Positions 1 through 13,684 of a stretch of DNA of 64,000 bases are shown here, in pieces. Numbering within the stretch: position 1 is the first letter of the stretch; each line of letters begins with the position of its first letter. The stretch lies in assembly GCF_006345805.1 (NCBI RefSeq), contig NC_042998.1:171430001-171494000 (forward strand). Direction: 5' to 3'. Under the pieces are notes generated by a model. The model saw only the letters and a list, made by a program, of their open reading frames with translations. It was not told the DNA's origin and ran no database searches. The stretch is from Octopus sinensis (Eukaryota). The translations under genes were made by a program, and so were the position numbers.

Positions 1-183
1 GGTGGCCTGTCGTCGTCGAGGAAACAGGCTTGATGGAAAATAAAAGACTCCAAGATGCAGAGATTGGACGTCGAAGACGCGAAGAGCGACTCGTGCTTCC
101 TCTTCCCCCGCCAACCTTACTCTGCGATAAATGCCTCCGGCACCCATCACTCGCTTGCTATATGTGTGTTGAAACTGAAGCGA
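1..183 (-). other. Candidate host-gene exon (runs off the window edge)
   Basis: GC-richer unique sequence. The minus strand has an acceptor-like TTTTTCCCAACATAG ending at 184 and a stop-free frame (SLQFQHTYSKRVMGAGGIYRRVRLAGEEEARVALRVFDVQ...) to position 1. No recognisable homology. Confidence 0.25.
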
Positions 184-270
184 CTATGTTGGGAAAAACC
201 ATTTAACACAAAATACTGTTAAAAGTCACTTTAAAATTTCAAGAGAAAGTATGTACATAATTCACGCACG

Positions 271-308
<38 letters not shown>

Positions 309-748
309 AAAAGTCCGGAAATATGAGATGAATATATCTATTTCACCAATAGATAGTCATAAGATTACTATCATTTCGCAGCCAATATCCTTCTATCTTT
401 TATATACGCCTAATGAAATAATCATCACTAATTGGATTTACTGCATAAGCTTATACATTATGCCTCTCTTTTACACCTCTCTGTATTAGTTTACTATGTG
501 GTTTGTATACTGGTCCACTAAAGGAGCCTCTTTGTGGGTACCACCGGATTAGATAAATCCATATACTGTGCATTAATATATATATATATATATATATTAG
601 CAGAAATAAAGTACTCAGAAATCTTGATGGTTTTATATTTACAAATTCATATTAATATGTCACATGTTTTTATAAATTATATATTAGCGCTTGCATCCAC
701 TCTAATGGATTCTACAATCTGAAGAATACACTAGAATGATTGCGAGCG

Positions 749-800
<52 letters not shown>

Positions 801-1410
801 TTATATTCAGAATTAAAGTTTACATAGGAACTTTAAAATGTAATATCCAAAGCCTGTTTTGGGTATGTCCCTAGTAGTATGTCCTGAGAGCGCGTTCACC
901 ACTTTTGGTCACTAGGCGTCATCCGCGGTACTGCACTTTCGTCGCAGGATTTACGCAGGATCTATAAAGCTTAAAGCACATCCTGACTGCCCTATCAATA
1001 ATTCAATATATGTATATTCGCATTGAAGCGGTTATCTCCCCTGTTAGTATATGAATATACGTATGTCAGCGTTCACTATTTTACCTTCGTCTGGTCTAAC
1101 GACCCTTCATGTTTGTTTTAGTTCGGTTTCCTTGTATGTCTCCACTGTCCTGCTTTTGTTACCAACTTTGACCTTCCATAAATCCCAAATTTTATTTTGG
1201 CTTTTATGGGAGCAGCTGCCTTCGAAGACTCATATTGTCGTTCAACGGAAAAATAGATAAATAGTTACCAGGGTAGCAAAAAAATCACACAAGTAAAGAG
1301 GTTGTAACTCCTTGTTTTTAAAGGTAGAAACTTCGGGTTTACGTGGAATTTTTTGTATAATATATAGATAAATAAATGGAGTTTAACGTAGGTATAATTT
1401 AAATACTTTT

Positions 1411-1498
1411 ACTTCCGACACATGTTTCGAAGATCTCACTGATATTATTCCAAAGGAATAAATGATGTAAAACAATGTAATCTTCTCTTCAGGGAAGT
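1411..1498 (-). ncRNA. Type I hammerhead ribozyme, canonical core
   Basis: Minus strand reads ACTTCC-CTGAAGA-GAAGAT(long loop)ATCTTC-GAAA-CATGTG-TC-GGAAGT. Helix I is 6 bp, helix II is 6 bp, core CUGANGA/GAAA/UH is intact. Lies in the (TA)n-flanked insert ~799-1640. Confidence 0.8.
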
Positions 1499-1636
1499 GA
1501 AGAAATGAAACTCGTCAATAAGACATTTTAACAGAAAATGATGGGTATGTATAGTGATTTACTGAACGCTATTAATATTATTTGAAAAAGCGTTATACGA
1601 TATAATTATATATGAATTATACCTGCGTTAAACTCC

Positions 1637-1680
<44 letters not shown>

Positions 1681-1705
1681 TATATATTATATATATATAT
1701 ATATA

Positions 1706-1751
<46 letters not shown>

Positions 1752-1753
<2 letters not shown>

Positions 1754-2335
1754 TTATATAAAAGGGCTTAGTAAAATAAATTACTTTGCCGCATACTGAA
1801 CTCATTAGAAATAGCAGCTAAAAAAACATTTATAAAACTATTTCTAATACTTAAAGAAAACCTCTCTCATATAGTGTTTGCTCAATTCAACTCACGAAAG
1901 TATGGGGGTAGAGACATTAAAAAATCAAATGCAAAGGTATTTGAGAACGTACGTTTCAAGATTAGTCAAAATCGACATTTCTATCATCAGCTCAGAACTC
2001 CCTGGTTTGGATTTGAAAACACTGAAAGTGGGAGCATACCCTTTCGGCTTCTTATCGCTTCTGAAGATCCGCTCGAAACTAACAGTGCCAGCAAACTCAA
2101 ATATGCAAGCGAAGAATTTCTGCTCTCCCCTTTCCACCAGCGTGGGTTAAAATCAGTAAACACTATGCTTTTTTCGGTAAAATCCGAGGCATTTAAATAG
2201 AGAGAGATGAATTATAATTTCAACAATTGAGGGTAAAATTAATTAATTAATCAATTTCACCAAGTATTCAGTATGCAAAGGGACCATTTAAGGCGAATTC
2301 AAATTATTACATTATATAAAAGGGCTTAGTAAAAT
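1752..2335 (-). mobile_element. Non-autonomous (TA)n-inserted PLE derivative with short terminal direct repeat and hammerhead
   Basis: (TA)n on both sides. CATTATATAAAAGGGCTTAGTAAAATA is repeated at both ends (~1752 and ~2310). Shares blocks (AGAAATAGCAGC; GGGTAAA(A)TTAATTAATTAA...ACCAAGTA...GGACC) with the 58542-59130 insert. Confidence 0.55.
1942..1994 (-). ncRNA. Minimal type I hammerhead ribozyme (U.U at helix II base)
   Basis: Minus strand reads TGAG-CTGATGA-TAGA...TCTT-GAAA-CGTACG-TT-CTCA. Helix III is palindromic (ACGTACGT). Confidence 0.65.
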
Positions 2336-2376
2336 ATATATATATATATGCATATATATATATGCATATATATATA

Positions 2377-2431
<55 letters not shown>

Positions 2432-2513
2432 ATATATATATGCATATATATATATATATATTATATATATATAATATATATATATATATATGCATATATA
2501 TATATATATATGC

Positions 2514-2541
<28 letters not shown>

Positions 2542-2545
<4 letters not shown>

Positions 2546-2872
2546 TAGTTATCGCCATACTAATATGGCATTCTTATAAAAATAAGAATAAAGCTGTCCG
2601 CTTATTAGCTCCATGAGGCCATCGCCTTAAGTTAGCTATTTGATACACAAACTGTATCCATATAACCTTCGAACAAGGGAGGTCAGTTGCTCCACACTAC
2701 TTGACCGGCAGCTACAGACGCGTTTCGGGGTATTGCCCCTTTTCAATGCAGCGTAGCCAGCCAGTAGGTGTCGCTTCGGACAATCTCTGTTCGATGGTTT
2801 TATTTACCTAGCTTCGGTGGAATACATCCACTTGTTTTCAATAATAGAAATATTAAAATTACTAAGTCTCTC
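2542..2872 (-). mobile_element. Non-autonomous hammerhead-bearing element in (TA)n (copy 1)
   Basis: 2542-2778 is the near-identical reverse complement of 37441-37676. Both copies abut (TA)n. Confidence 0.7.
2711..2752 (-). ncRNA. Minimal type I hammerhead ribozyme (U3-A8 variant)
   Basis: Minus strand reads GCTGCA-TTGAAAA-GGGG(CAATA)CCCC-GAAA-CGCG-TC-TGTAGC. Confidence 0.8.
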
Positions 2873-2964
2873 TATATATATGCATATGTATATACTTATA
2901 TATTCATATATATAAATAGATATATGCATGCAAACATACATATATATAAATGTATACATGAGGG

Positions 2965-3250
2965 AACGTCGCTTTTTATGTGTATGATTTGTAGGAGGAA
3001 ATGCTTGAGTCATGCAGACCTGGTCAGCCATCAAAGAACTCATTGGAATCAACTCCTTGTAAATTGTGATACAGCTATTGTTCCCAACAAAACATGTGCA
3101 ACCTGTGGAAAAGTGTTCCTTTCAGTTGGAGGATTGAAAAAGCATGTCAAAAGACTTCATACTGTGGTACCTGTTCCCTCTGCCAGCCAGTACAACATTA
3201 GGCAATAGAATGTGCAAATCTTTGGCCGTGCTCAAGAGTCATACAAAGGC
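2965..3250 (+). pseudogene. C2H2 zinc-finger fragment, probably the 3' end of an RTE-type LINE
   Basis: CMICRRKCLSHADLVSHQRTH and CATCGKVFLSVGGLKKHVKRLH, plus a third decayed finger (CKSLAVLKSH). A similar finger lies at the 3' end of the RTE remnant near 29790-29860. Confidence 0.55.
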
Positions 3251-3763
3251 TTCATTACTATCCCTTAGTTTCTCTGTTATCATATATACCTGTATATGTA
3301 TATGCACACACACACACACACACATACACATACACACTCACATATATTTGTATCCTTTGTTCAAACGTGAACACATGGTGGCTGGTATTACTTGATAATG
3401 TTTACCCTGTTATTAGTGTGTCCCAATAAATCAATCCAAGTTAGAAGTCTGGGACATGACATTATCAGTCTGTTTTCTCCCATTATCCCTTTGACATCTT
3501 TGAGTAAATGACTTTTATTGCTAAAGCTACCCACCCCACTTTTCCCTTCTGCCTATCATTCTTTTTTCTTCTACTTAATGACCAGTTAACCACACCCATC
3601 TTATTTCCATTTCGGGCGATCTTCCCCCTAATGAATACTTTCATTGGTAATTTGGTTTTGATTTCGTTTTTCTCTTTTTGGATTAGCCATCCCTGCAGTG
3701 GCCGGCTTCGTAACTCATTTGTCTAGTTCCTGGTGCCAAGGTAAACAACGTTGAAGTAATAGA

Positions 3764-3844
3764 GACCTAAAGATTAGCTAAGCTGGATTGTGTTCCTTAC
3801 AACTCATGTAACATACCTCCGCTTGCTATGAAACAACTGTAGTC
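3764..3844 (+). ncRNA. Decayed hammerhead ribozyme motif
   Basis: GAC-CTAAAGA(G5>A)-T-TAGC.AAGC.GGA...TCC.GCTT.GCTA-T-GAAA-CAACTG-TA-GTC. Helix II is extended; the core carries a mutation. Confidence 0.5.
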
Positions 3845-3910
3845 CATGCTTTACTTATTCCATTCTTTATTTTTTGTATATATATATATACAAAAAATAC
3901 ATATACATAT

Positions 3911-3952
<42 letters not shown>

Positions 3953-4099
3953 CGAGAGAGAGAGAGAGTAAGGAAAAGGGAAGAGGAGAATTCCAATTAT
4001 CCCTACGTGGTGAGTTGTGATGTAAGAAATATATATATAAAAATTAAAAGAAGGAAAATGCACACAGTTTACATAGTTCTAATATATTTCTTATATTTT

Positions 4100-5497
4100 A
4101 TAAGTGAAAGAATATTGTTTGTCGACCGATTTCGCTAATCATGACATTGAAATTATTGTAACTTCGTATTTTCTTAAGAAGATTTAGTCCATGTTGTGTA
4201 TGGGGGTTTGAGAATGAAATGAATCAACAGGTAGAAAAATCTAAGCGGAGATAATTGGTAATCGTTATTATTCGGGACCGGGGAGGTAATTGTTCATTTT
4301 TGGGGAGGGGGCAAATAAATAAACAAAAATTCAAAAGCTGAAGTAGTGAGATAAAATATTTACAGTGATGTGTATGTGAACACGAATTAAAATATATACT
4401 GAGATCAAAGCTGGTTATGCGTTGATATTTAGGCATGTTCTGTATTTTTCGATAAATAAATTTTCTTTATTTAAACATTCTTGCACAGAAATTGTTTCTT
4501 TTCACTGGTAGATTGGGAAAACTGAAATTTGGCTGGATATTACCTGTACATCTCTCTATGTGTTCACTCAAAGGAATTTGTTCATAGAATGGTAAACTAA
4601 TCTGATCCTTATGTAGTGTGGTTTTCCGTCTAAGTGCCATAATTGTCTGTCCTATATAGTTATGTCCACAACCTGAACAAGTTATAACATAAATTAGACT
4701 CTCGGAGGCACAAATGAAGTTAGTTTTAATTATGAACCTCTCTCGTTGTTTGAATAGGAATTCCGAGCCTTTCTGCAGATTGGGGCATGTTCCACAGTTT
4801 GGACGTCCACGTTTTTTAACCATTGGTTTCGTGGATGTTGTGAAAAGCTTCGTATTCGTCAGAAGTCTTTTTAGCGATTTGTGTTGCTTTTTGCATTTGA
4901 TGAATTTATGTGTTTTCAGAATGCTATTAATCTTTGGATCCCTAGTGAGCATACGTAAGTTTTGTACAAAAGTGTTGTATGCCTCACTGTTTCTAGGGTT
5001 GTGCGTTGATATATATGGTATATGTGGCGTGATGTTACTTTTTGTTTCCCTTAGTGTTTTAATGCCTAATTTAATGTTTAATTCCTTCGTCTATAAGTGC
5101 GGATGGATATTGTCTCTCAGTGTTGTTCTGAGGTCTTGAAGACGGAGGTCCCGGGTATTTCTATCAGACATGTGAAAATCCTTTTTTTCTAATTAAAGGG
5201 GATATTCCTTTTGCGGTTTCGGGTGACATAAACAAAAGAGCTGTTTCGAGTCCGTTGGCTTATGATGAATGTCAGTTACAATTTGGTTGTTGACTCTTTT
5301 TTATCATAATATCTAAGAAAGGGGACCGTTCTTTGCTATATTCCATTGTAAATTGAATGTTATATTATTTAGTATTGATTTAAATTCTAAAAGTTTGTCA
5401 ATGGTCCCATCCAAATGATGATGCAGTCAGCCAGATATCTTTTCCAGTTTTCTCTTATATAATGGTGAAATGGATGTCCATATTTTTGCAGTAACAC

Positions 5498-5500
<3 letters not shown>
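4100..5500 (-). mobile_element. 5'-truncated, decayed Penelope-like element (RT C-terminus + GIY-YIG + 3' UTR)
   Basis: Frameshifted ENWKRYLADCIIIW, GRPNCGTCP and SLIYVITCSGCGHNYIGQT are collinear with 56600-57709. Truncated at the (TA)n at 5501. The 3' boundary is approximate. Confidence 0.85.
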
Positions 5501-5552
<52 letters not shown>

Positions 5553-5555
<3 letters not shown>

Positions 5556-8158
5556 TGTATTGTGTGTGTGTATGTGTGTGCGTGCGTGTGTGTGTAAAAT
5601 TCATATAAAAGCCTGAAATAAGTACAATAAATAATTGATAACTTTTGGGTATCCATTTTCAAAAATATTTGTGTTTTTTGTAAGTTTCTATTTAATATTC
5701 ACTTATGTATGTATGTAGTAGAACTGGTATGTGTGCTGTGGCTGTGTCCAATATCTGTAACTGCTCAATAGTGACATCAATTGCATTGATGCAGTAACCC
5801 AACCGAAATTTTTACTGCATGGTAGGAACAAGTTCTTTCTCTCATCATCATCATCATCATCATAAGCAACTCTGTGCCATCATGCCGTCTTGTCGAATAT
5901 CATTTCCCTGGCCTAGAGTGATGTTAGCGGAGTTCATTCTTCTTCAAGTGTTCAGACAGAATCCTTGGTCCTCTCTTTCCCCATATTCTTTTTCTGCAGA
6001 TATTGCAAATGTTCCAGTTCGGCATTAGCTGAATCATTTTCAACATTTAAAAGTGGGTGTAATGTTTCTTACCTTGATTGGACTATGAATAAATAAGTAC
6101 TTTAGCATGATTTGAACTCTAACTTTGATAAGCTACTTACGCTTTTAGATTCAAACCACATTCATCTACTCATCAAGACACACCTTGTCACTGAATCTGC
6201 ACTCTACTTCGAATTAAAGGCTACATGTAACACTTGATATTGAGTAGTAATTCATTCAGCGTTAATTTCATTATGCACACTTGCCTACAAACGGATGGTA
6301 GATACCGCTGCATCATAAGATATTTCAGACTTATAAATTTATGCTTCTGCGTTTATTAGGATAATTTCTAAATTTAACTAGAATCAGTGGGGTAGCTGGG
6401 GTGGGGTGGGTGGAGCGAAAGAGCGGTTAGCTCTGACTGGGCAGCACTGTTGCGTCGGCTGCATAAGTCTGTATAGGTTTGGGGGCTCGAGATGGGGTTG
6501 TGGGCAAACTCAAAGACTCTCATTGGCGGCACACACTCTAGCTACTCCACTGAGTAGAAATAAATCTCCCCGATACACAAATGACTCCAAATAAAGGTAG
6601 AACTAGCATTCCTTTCAACCATACCCTGTAATGCAGTTTGAAAAAACAAAAAAAGATGTGATCCTCGATATTCTTAAGAAGACAGATGGTCAAAGCTAGA
6701 ATGACTTTAATCACATCTCTATTTCACGAAAGTTAATTTATTGTTAAACAACAGCTATAAGAACACAGGTTACTGAAAAAGAAAGCATCGAACCTGAAAT
6801 AAAATACAACACCCCACAGATAACTACTGCATGTTGGGATATATATATATATATATATATAATATATATATATGCATGTATTGTGTGTGTGTATGTGTGT
6901 GCGTGCGTGTGTGTGTAAAATTCATATAAAAGCCTGAAATAAGTACAATAAATAATTGATAACTTTTGGGTATCCATTTTCAAAAATATTTGTGTTTTTT
7001 GTAAGTTTCTATTTAATATTCACTTATGTATGTATGTAGTAGAACTGGTATGTGTGCTGTGGCTGTGTCCAATATCTGTAACTGCTCAATAGTGACATCA
7101 ATTGCATTGATGCAGTAACCCAACCGAAATTTTTACTGCATGGTAGGAACAAGTCTTTCTCTCATCATCATCATCATCATCATAAGCAACTCTGTGCCAT
7201 CATGCCGTCTTGTCGAATATCATTTCCCTGGCCTAGAGTGATGTTAGCGGAGTTCATTCTTCTTCAAGTGTTCAGACAGAATCCTTGGTCCTCTCTTTCC
7301 CCATATTCTTTTTCTGCAGATATTGCAAATGTTCCAGTTCGGCATTAGCTGAATCATTTTCAACATTTAAAAGTGGGTGTAATGTTTCTTACCTTGATTG
7401 GACTATGAATAAATAAGTACTTTAGCATGATTTGAACTCTAACTTTGATAAGCTACTTACGCTTTTAGATTCAAACCACATTCATCTACTCATCAAGACA
7501 CACCTTGTCACTGAATCTGCACTCTACTTCGAATTAAAGGCTACATGTAACACTTGATATTGAGCAGTAATTCATTCAGCGTTAATTTCATTATGCACAC
7601 TTGCCTACAAACGGATGGTAGATACCGCTGCATCATAAGATATTTCAGACTTATAAATTTATGCTTCTGCGTTTATTAGGATAATTTCTAAATTTAACTA
7701 GAATCAGTGGGGTAGCTGGGGTGGGGTGGGTGGAGCGAAAGAGCGGTTAGCTCTGACTGGGCAGCACTGTTGCGTCGGCTGCATAAGTCTGTATAGGTTT
7801 GGGGGCTCGAGATGGGGTTGTGGGCAAACTCAAAGACTCTCATTGGCGGCACACACACTCTAGCTACTCCACTGAGTAGAAATAAATCTCCCCGATACAC
7901 AAATGACTCCAAATAAAGGTAGAACTAGCATTCCTTTCAACCATACCCTGTAATGCAGTTTGAAAAAACAAAAAAAGATGTGATCCTCGATATTCTTAAG
8001 AAGACAGATGGTCAAAGCTAGAATGACTTTAATCACATCTCTATTTCACGAAAGTTAATTTATTGTTAAACAACAGCTATAAGAACACAGGTTACTGAAA
8101 AAGAAAGCATCGAATCTGAAATAAAATACAACACCCCACAGATAAACTACTGCATGTT

Positions 8159-8195
<37 letters not shown>
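5553..8195. repeat. Tandem duplication, 2 x ~1321 bp, with (TA)n at all three boundaries
   Basis: 5553-6873 vs 6874-8195 are nearly identical, differing by a few 1-2 bp indels and substitutions. Confidence 0.95.
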
Positions 8196-8198
<3 letters not shown>

Positions 8199-8590
8199 TA
8201 TATATATATATATACACCCACAAGACAAAGGCCTAGTATTATTAAAACAATGAATCTGTGATTGCACCAAAACATTCGATTGATTACATACGTGCCTTTT
8301 CTCTTCTATCGCAAGTTCAGAAATCTAGTGTGGGGGGGGGAAGTCGATTATATCGGCTCCAGTACTTCATTACATCGACTCCAGTACTTTGCTTTTTATC
8401 CTCAGAAGGTTTAACGAAACCTCAGAGTATGAAAAGCAAAGTTGATCTCGGTGAAATTTGAACGGGAAGAGTCATACATAAATGCCGCAAAGTATTTTGT
8501 CTAACATGCTAACAATTTGCCAATCTAAATACACAAATACATGTTCTTAAATAATTCAAGATATAAAGTTGTGAAAACTATCACATAATG

Positions 8591-8685
<95 letters not shown>

Positions 8686-10287
8686 GAGACACCTTTGTTC
8701 ATTTGAAATCATAATTGCAGATTACTTTGAGTACGCGGAATTGACAATTCTAGTTACGCACGCACTCACGCACAAAATATTATCTTAGCTCAACATTTAA
8801 AAATCATATCTTCCAAATGTCTACACGGTTTCAAACCTCACGAAAGAAAATTTATTCTTTCATATTTAAATTTGTTTATACTTTTTCAAAAATTTTGTTA
8901 TATTTTACGACATCGATCTAATAATATAAAAATTTCATGAAAATTTACACCCTGATTTGTTGAGCATAATACTCGAATATTTTAGGAGATAAATTTATAT
9001 GTAAATCGATGAGATACCTAGAACAGTGTACTATGTTCTTGAAGGTATTTTTTTAACGAAGAATTGTAATAACCAGTTTTCGAAAATATACTGTGTATAT
9101 TGTGAGTGAAATATTGTATTCTGATATTGTTAGAGATACTGGTAGAGCATTTTAAATAGGCATAATTTGATATCCATATATACACTTTTAACCATGAATT
9201 TTTTTTTCTGTCTTCTGTGGCATTGGAGACCATGAATTAACTTTTCGAAATATGATATATAAATGAGGAATTTTAAATTCTCAAACAGCTCTTTCACAAT
9301 ATTCATGTGCCAAATTCATTTCAGAACCTCAAAACAGTTTTCCATTATGTCTGTACGACATAACGAGAAGTATTTCACATTGTCTCTCGGGACGATGATG
9401 TAGTATAGAGCAATTTTGAAAGTGTTTGCAGACTTGTATTTTTTAAAGTAAGATGAAGTTCTTCACTATCGGTTTCCGTGCCGATACACTTAATCCTCAG
9501 TGACTTTGGAATATCACCGCGATAACATGACAAGCACAAGAATAACAATAACACCCAGAGTTTCCTTCTACTATATACTATCAATCAGTGAATCTACTTA
9601 AAATGCTATATAATCCCTGGTTAGCAAATTTCATGTACAACGTAGGCTGCCAGCTCCATTATGAACTTCAGCTGCAGGTTTTAATCAATTGATTCTTCAG
9701 ATACCTAGTCACGACATTCGACGACCAAAATAAATCATTCTTGGTTCCAAATAAAAAAATAAACTTAAGGAAGGATCAACCGATCGATATCATTTTGATT
9801 CAGGTGAAATTATTTTCTTTGACGCTTCTGTTGGAACATGTAAAATAGTTTTGATTTGCTTAATTTTAACAAAGGCTTTGTTCACGCAAGTAAATGTCTG
9901 TTGGAGTGGTCTTGCTGCAAGTTTGCTTACACACATAGTAAGACTGCTAAATTTGCCTTTTAGTAGCTACTCAACCTTGCACAAATGATTCTCATCGTGT
10001 GCACAATGACAGCCATTTGTGCTATTTTGGCAAAGGATTTGGACATAAGTTTTGAAGCTGATCAATCTGGTTATATCAGATTAATCCTTAGCTTACAGCT
10101 AGATTGAGGCTCTCAATTGCACCTTGCCCTCTGGCAATTTCAGGCTAACTCTGTAGTCAATTGAGTGTAGCTTATCAAGAACTATTGTACTCAAATATGT
10201 ACTCTGAGAGTGATTTGGTTGCAACTTCTATCGTTGAGTATGTAGCATAAATACAACACCAAAAATTTTAGAGGAAGAATAAATTGA

Positions 10288-10445
10288 TTAAATCGACTCC
10301 AGTATACAACTGGTACTTATTTTATCGACTTGGAAAGGATGAAAGATAAAGTCAACCTCGGCGGGATTTGAACTCGGAACGTAAAAACAGACGAAATGCC
10401 GCTGAACATTCTTTTTTTCCGGCGATTCTGCCAGCACACCGCCTT
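10288..10445 (-). mobile_element. tRNA-derived SINE, family A
   Basis: Matches the family core AAAGGATGAAAG..AAAGTCRACCTCGGCGG.ATTTGAACTC seen many times in the window. Confidence 0.8.
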
Positions 10446-10676
10446 CGACCTGGTATAAGCATATTAACATAAGTATATGTACAAGGCTGCCTCAATCGAA
10501 CTGATAAAGATTTCTCTTATGGTCAGCTCTATGTTGTATGCTCATTTGTGGGTCAAACAAGTATCTTTTTTTTTTCATCACAGCATCAAACTGTTGAACA
10601 GTAAATATTTTCTACCCACGAGTTCTTGTTGAATAAAAACTATTCCTGGAAGTGGTGCTTCTGTTTTATGTGATGC

Positions 10677-11083
10677 AGATTTTTTCGGTTTGAACGGCAG
10701 TTTTTTCTAGCGGTGTCATATGAAATTGTCACCCATAATTATGACCCTAGTATCGATCTATTGCATTTCAATCTGTTTTAGGTTAGGGGTGGGGGAAGGG
10801 TATCTTTTTTTCTTCAGAAATGTAAATAAACCCAATCTATTTCTTAAACGAGGGACATATTCATACGGCACAGAATGTTTTCACCTCAATAGACGGTCAT
10901 TGATTGGTTGAAATTGCAGAAATTGAAGAAAAAACAACAAATATCTTACAAACAATAGAATTTTCTCAAAAAAGCCAAGAGAAAAAGATGTTTTATAAAC
11001 ACATTCTACCAGTATACGAAGTTTAAAATTTTTTAATTACCTAGAAATTATGTTAAAAACTGCCGTTCAAACCGAAAAGATCC
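10677..11083. mobile_element. ~410 bp MITE with TTAGGG core (copy 1)
   Basis: ~29 bp terminal inverted repeats (TIRs), GGATCTTTTCGGTTTGAACGGCAGTTTTT-type. 8 bp TSD TGTGATGC (10669-10676 / 11084-11091). Confidence 0.9.
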
Positions 11084-11654
11084 TGTGATGCATATCAACA
11101 GTTTTAAAATCTTCAAATATAATAGAAACATGAGAAAACCTAACTTTTGCAATTTCTGCATTATAATAAAAATATAAGATAATATATTTACATAAAAACA
11201 TACTAATTACATACGTACAGAAAAACTTGCTAAATGTTAAAAAAAAAAATGTTTCCACACGCTAGGCATCCGGGAAAACGGCAGCTACTTCTGATTGTGT
11301 GTATGTGGGTTAGACACTCACATATGTACTGTAGCTGTCACCTGCAAGTGAATATATCTTGATAGTATCTACCATGCTTTCGTCAAGTGTTTTAGGTAGC
11401 TATGAATATGCGAATCGACATAAGATCCTCCCAGGCACCCCCATCCTCGGCTTAATGGAATATCTCGTATTTGATGGACGGAGAGAAAAAGAGCGGCTGT
11501 AATTAACTTTCAAGTAATTAGATCAACGTAAAATGAAATTACTTTGCTCAGAGACGACCTTTTAATTGAGTTTGATCCTGACACCTTAACTACTAGTCCA
11601 GGCACCTTCACAGTATATGTATATCCGTACATACATATGGATATATGTATAATA

Positions 11655-11694
<40 letters not shown>

Positions 11695-11891
11695 ACGCGT
11701 TTACATGTTTCGCAGGTATATATCAGCGAAGGATAAATTAGGGGTAAAGAAACGACAAACAGTCAGATATGTAGTGGGTCAGTTTACTAGTTCGTTGGTG
11801 ATGACGTTATTGTTCACTGATATCGGTATAAAGTAAACTTATATACACAAGCTTGTATATACATACATATATATACAAGTACATACACATA

Positions 11892-11945
<54 letters not shown>

Positions 11946-12014
11946 TACATACACACATACGTATATAGACACATACTCTCTCTTACAGACACACACACAA
12001 ACACACACACTCTC

Positions 12015-12050
<36 letters not shown>

Positions 12051-12053
<3 letters not shown>

Positions 12054-12818
12054 GGGTGCGGTAAATATATTGTTGTCTAAATTACGTAAAAATGAAAATA
12101 ATACTGACATCTCATTTTAACAGATATATTTACCAAAATTACATAAAAATATCTTGAAATACTAAAGATTAAATTTATTCAATAAAATCGCCACTGGCTT
12201 CAACCACGGCCTCCTGCAATTCTTCTGGACGGTCTCCTTGTCTAAGTTGGTGAATGCTGCCATAATCCTTGCTTTCAGTTCATCTTTGGTGTTACAAGGA
12301 ATTTCGTTGGTCTGTCGCTCAACTGCGCCCCACACATAATAATGAAGGGGGTTGCAGTCTGGGGAGTTAGGTGGCCAGATGTTAGAGGTGACGTGGTGGC
12401 AGAAATTGTCCGACGTCTATGATTGGGTTCTCCTGCTTGTGTGGCATGGTGCAGAGTCCTGTTGCTAGCCATAGGGTTTTCCAGCAGTCACCCTTTCGAC
12501 CGAGGGAAGTATTACCTCCTTCAGGCACCAAATGTAGACCTCTGTGTTGAGTGTGAGGCCGTGTGGGAACATGAATGGAGGCATAACGTCGCCATCACTA
12601 GTGATCACTCCAAACAGCATGATGTTGATTGGATGTTTGATTTTCATCACTCTCGGTACTTGTCCTCAGATTGACACCCAAACACTCTGAAATGTTTGTA
12701 CTGAAGCTTCCGGCGCGAATGCCAAGCAGTACAGCATGTCCTTTCCAAATTTCTAGCAGAGTGCCCAACTGACCCTATAAAAATATAAAATGGCGACAAT
12801 TTACCCATTGCACCCTAT
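12051..12818 (-). mobile_element. Tc1/mariner transposon remnant (maT/DD37D-like), internally deleted
   Basis: Minus-strand transposase pieces KHPINIMLFGVITSDGDVMPPF, QDSAPCHT and WPPNSPDCNPLHYYVWG. Imperfect TIRs (AGGGTGC...ATTGT.G.C). Confidence 0.85.
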
Positions 12819-12825
12819 GTGTGTG

Positions 12826-12901
<76 letters not shown>

Positions 12902-13093
12902 ATATATATGTGAATGTGTGTGAGTGTGTGTAAAGCGAAGTCAACGCTGGGGCAAGCAGAACACAGAATGTAGAATTTTCAGTCATTTAGTCTGATACTG
13001 ATCATTTCCGAAAAATTGCCTGCTATATCCAAGTAAATAATACTTCCTAGGGCACAAAGTAAATTTTCGCTGGGTAAAGAAAGTGTACCAACG

Positions 13094-13345
13094 TGAATCC
13101 CTCTCAACACATGGCTATGATGCTCCCCTACTACTTTTGCTCGTGATTAGGGATGCACAAACAACTAACAAGCAAATCAGTGGTATTGAGCAGAATATTT
13201 GCTGTAGCCCATACATTTGCGCGCATATGGTTGTGATGTATGTGCCTAGTGTACCCTTATCAGACGGGTAGTCATGATGGGTATACTGGGCTTCGTATAT
13301 TTTACCCCAGTGTCACTTTGATGGCATGCACTGCTCTCTCACTCA
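13094..13345 (+). mobile_element. Rearranged copy of the (AAT)n-associated retroelement (5' part inverted)
   Basis: 13094-13212 is the reverse complement of ~14811-14929. 13217-13345 matches ~15049-15178 directly. Confidence 0.8.
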
Positions 13346-13684
13346 AGCTGAACAGACCTTACCAATTAGCCTAATTGCTGATTTCGTCGATAGCAAAGGG
13401 ATAACAGTCAATTTCTGCCAGACTTGAACTCAGAACATGTAGGTATGCAACGAGAAACTGGTAAGTATTTAGTCTTGTACGCTACGTAAGCTGTTAATGC
13501 CTTAACTCACTGTTATTTGGGATGACACAGTCAGTGACGATTGCTGTATATTACATGCACTAAGGTAATGGGCAGAATCGATCACGGTGCAGTTCGGTTG
13601 CTGAATGGAAGTTGAAGTTACTAAGCACAACAATTAAGTACCAGTACGCTAAGGTTTTCTTATTTTCCATCACTGATAATAATC

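Noticed and set aside
4117-4180. Possible hammerhead in the 3' UTR of the decayed PLE (minus: ...TAGC-GAAA-TCGG-TC)
   Set aside because: The position is as expected, but the CUGANGA core and the helix I partner cannot be recovered.
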